This document shows, piece by piece, positions 32,554 through 33,438 of a DNA stretch of 33,438 bases. The translations under genes and the position numbers were made by a program. The DNA is from a virus. Lineage: Duplodnaviria > Caudoviricetes. The stretch is from IMG/VR virus record IMGVR_UViG_3300027771_000050, positions 1 to 33,438 of that record; one strand, written 5' to 3'. How positions within the stretch are numbered: position 1 is the stretch's first letter; every line of letters starts with the position of its first letter. The notes below the pieces were generated by a model that made no database searches, had not been told where the DNA came from, and worked only from the letters and a program-made list of their open reading frames with translations.

Positions 32554-32645
32554 TAGTAAGCTCCTAAGTCGTAGATGAGTGGCAGCAAGAGTGCTGCTGT
32601 TGCGATTGTGCCCATTAGTAGGCCTATTGTGAAGTCTTTAATCAT
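32553..32645 (-). CDS. Single-TM peptide (30 aa)
   Basis: AAAGGA SD; reads MIKDFTIGLLMGTIATAALLLPLIYDLGAY. Confidence 0.6.
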   Translation of the reverse strand: MIKDFTIGLLMGTIATAALLLPLIYDLGAY

Positions 32646-32669
32646 TGTCGTTATCCTTTGTTTGTTACT

Positions 32670-32924
32670 TTATGCCTTAGTGATGTGCATCATGCCTGCT
32701 TTACCTTCATAGTTAGGAACTGTGCGCTTCATATACACACCGCCCTCCATGTGGCTAACACCTAATGGATTAGGATTTTCTGAGTGCTCAACCTTAAGAA
32801 CTTCGAACTCAACCATGTGAGCATCTTCCGTAATAACTTTACACAGTAGTGTGTCGATCTGTGCGCCTTTAAGACCCTCAGATGTTTTCCAGTTTTTCGT
32901 ATGTGTGATGCGAATAGTTGTCAT
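32670..32924 (-). CDS. Hypothetical early protein
   Basis: 84 aa with AAAGGA SD; first gene after the nrdJ terminator. Confidence 0.75.
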   Translation of the reverse strand: MTTIRITHTKNWKTSEGLKGAQIDTLLCKVITEDAHMVEFEVLKVEHSENPNPLGVSHMEGGVYMKRTVPNYEGKAGMMHITKA

Positions 32925-32954
32925 TGTGATCGTCCTTTGTTTGTTTCTAAAATT

Positions 32955-32983
32955 ACAATGCCATGTGTTCGCAGCGCACGTAA
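32955..32983 (-). promoter_or_regulatory. Putative host promoter for the early operon
   Basis: TTACGT-N17-CATTGT preceded by TTAGGGGG. Weak consensus, supported mainly by position and similarity to 1761-1789. Confidence 0.3.
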
Positions 32984-32995
32984 CCCCCTAAACGC

Positions 32996-33025
32996 AAAAG
33001 ACCCCAATTATTTTATTGGGGCCTT
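32996..33025 (-). terminator. Intrinsic terminator after nrdJ
   Basis: AAGGCCCCAAT-AAAATA-ATTGGGGTCTT followed by TTG. Confidence 0.75.
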
Positions 33026-33034
33026 CGCTGGTCG

Positions 33035-33438
33035 TTAACGGATAGGGCAAGCACCTGTTGTGCAGCCTTCGTCTAACAGGTCGTCGTCAGACTTGAGGTT
33101 AGCAAGATCCACAGGCCACAACGAATTAGCATATTCGAAGTAGCTCTCTTCTGTTACCACCTCTTGTGGGAGGTAGGCATAACCTAGGTCCGCAGCGGTC
33201 TTAGTAGGATCGTTACGGTAGATGAATGACACACCGACGTAGATATCCCAGTTGGCCAAGATCCACTCGATGATGCCAGGGATCTCAGTTGGGTCATAGC
33301 TGATGGTGATGGAGCAGTTGTGGTCCACGTAGTTATCCATCATCAACTTGTAGCGATCTAGCTGACTTAGGGCAGTCTCGATGTTCACGTGCTTACCATC
33401 CACTACATCGAACTTGACGTCTTCATATGCGACAGGGA
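33035..33438 (-). CDS. nrdJ: Class II ribonucleotide reductase, 3' part
   Basis: YVDHNCSIT, GVSF, YLPQE and terminal CTTGACPIR; in frame with 1..1731 across the join. Confidence 0.92.
   Translation of the reverse strand, partial: PVAYEDVKFDVVDGKHVNIETALSQLDRYKLMMDNYVDHNCSITISYDPTEIPGIIEWILANWDIYVGVSFIYRNDPTKTAADLGYAYLPQEVVTEESYFEYANSLWPVDLANLKSDDDLLDEGCTTGACPIR
33305..33438. repeat. Terminal direct repeat copy 2
   Basis: Matches 1-134 at 133 of 134 positions. Confidence 0.95.

Noticed and set aside
33035-33403. Separate 122-aa gene or split RNR
   Set aside because: It is in frame with 1..1731 across the circular join, giving one continuous 2001-nt ORF.

Overview
The window is very probably a complete circular phage genome of 33,304 bp. 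Positions 33305-33438 repeat positions 1-134 with one synonymous mismatch, and the class II ribonucleotide reductase gene is split across that join. Every credible gene is on the minus strand. The genome is a mosaic of four modules. (i) A T7-type single-subunit RNA polymerase is followed by a terminator and a T7/SP6-like promoter. (ii) A T7/roseophage-style replication block holds primase-helicase, family A polymerase, SSB, 5'-3' exonuclease and endonuclease I. (iii) An HK97/lambdoid siphovirus head-and-tail module holds HNH, TerS, TerL, portal, protease, capsid, G/GT frameshift, tape measure, tail tip and an S74 tail fibre. (iv) An early nucleotide cassette holds a MazG-like NTP pyrophosphatase, a DUF6378-like protein, DHFR and a thymidylate-synthase homologue. 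The best candidate new system is cassette (iv): the ThyA-like enzyme has Asp at the Asn177 specificity position, which points to dCMP methylation (5-methylcytosine DNA or an alternative route to dTMP). Near-total GANTC avoidance and a phage-borne DUF1127 gene suggest an alphaproteobacterial, possibly Rhodobacterales, host. I saw no integrase, repressor, tRNA or CRISPR array. All calls come from reading motifs by eye, not from database searches.
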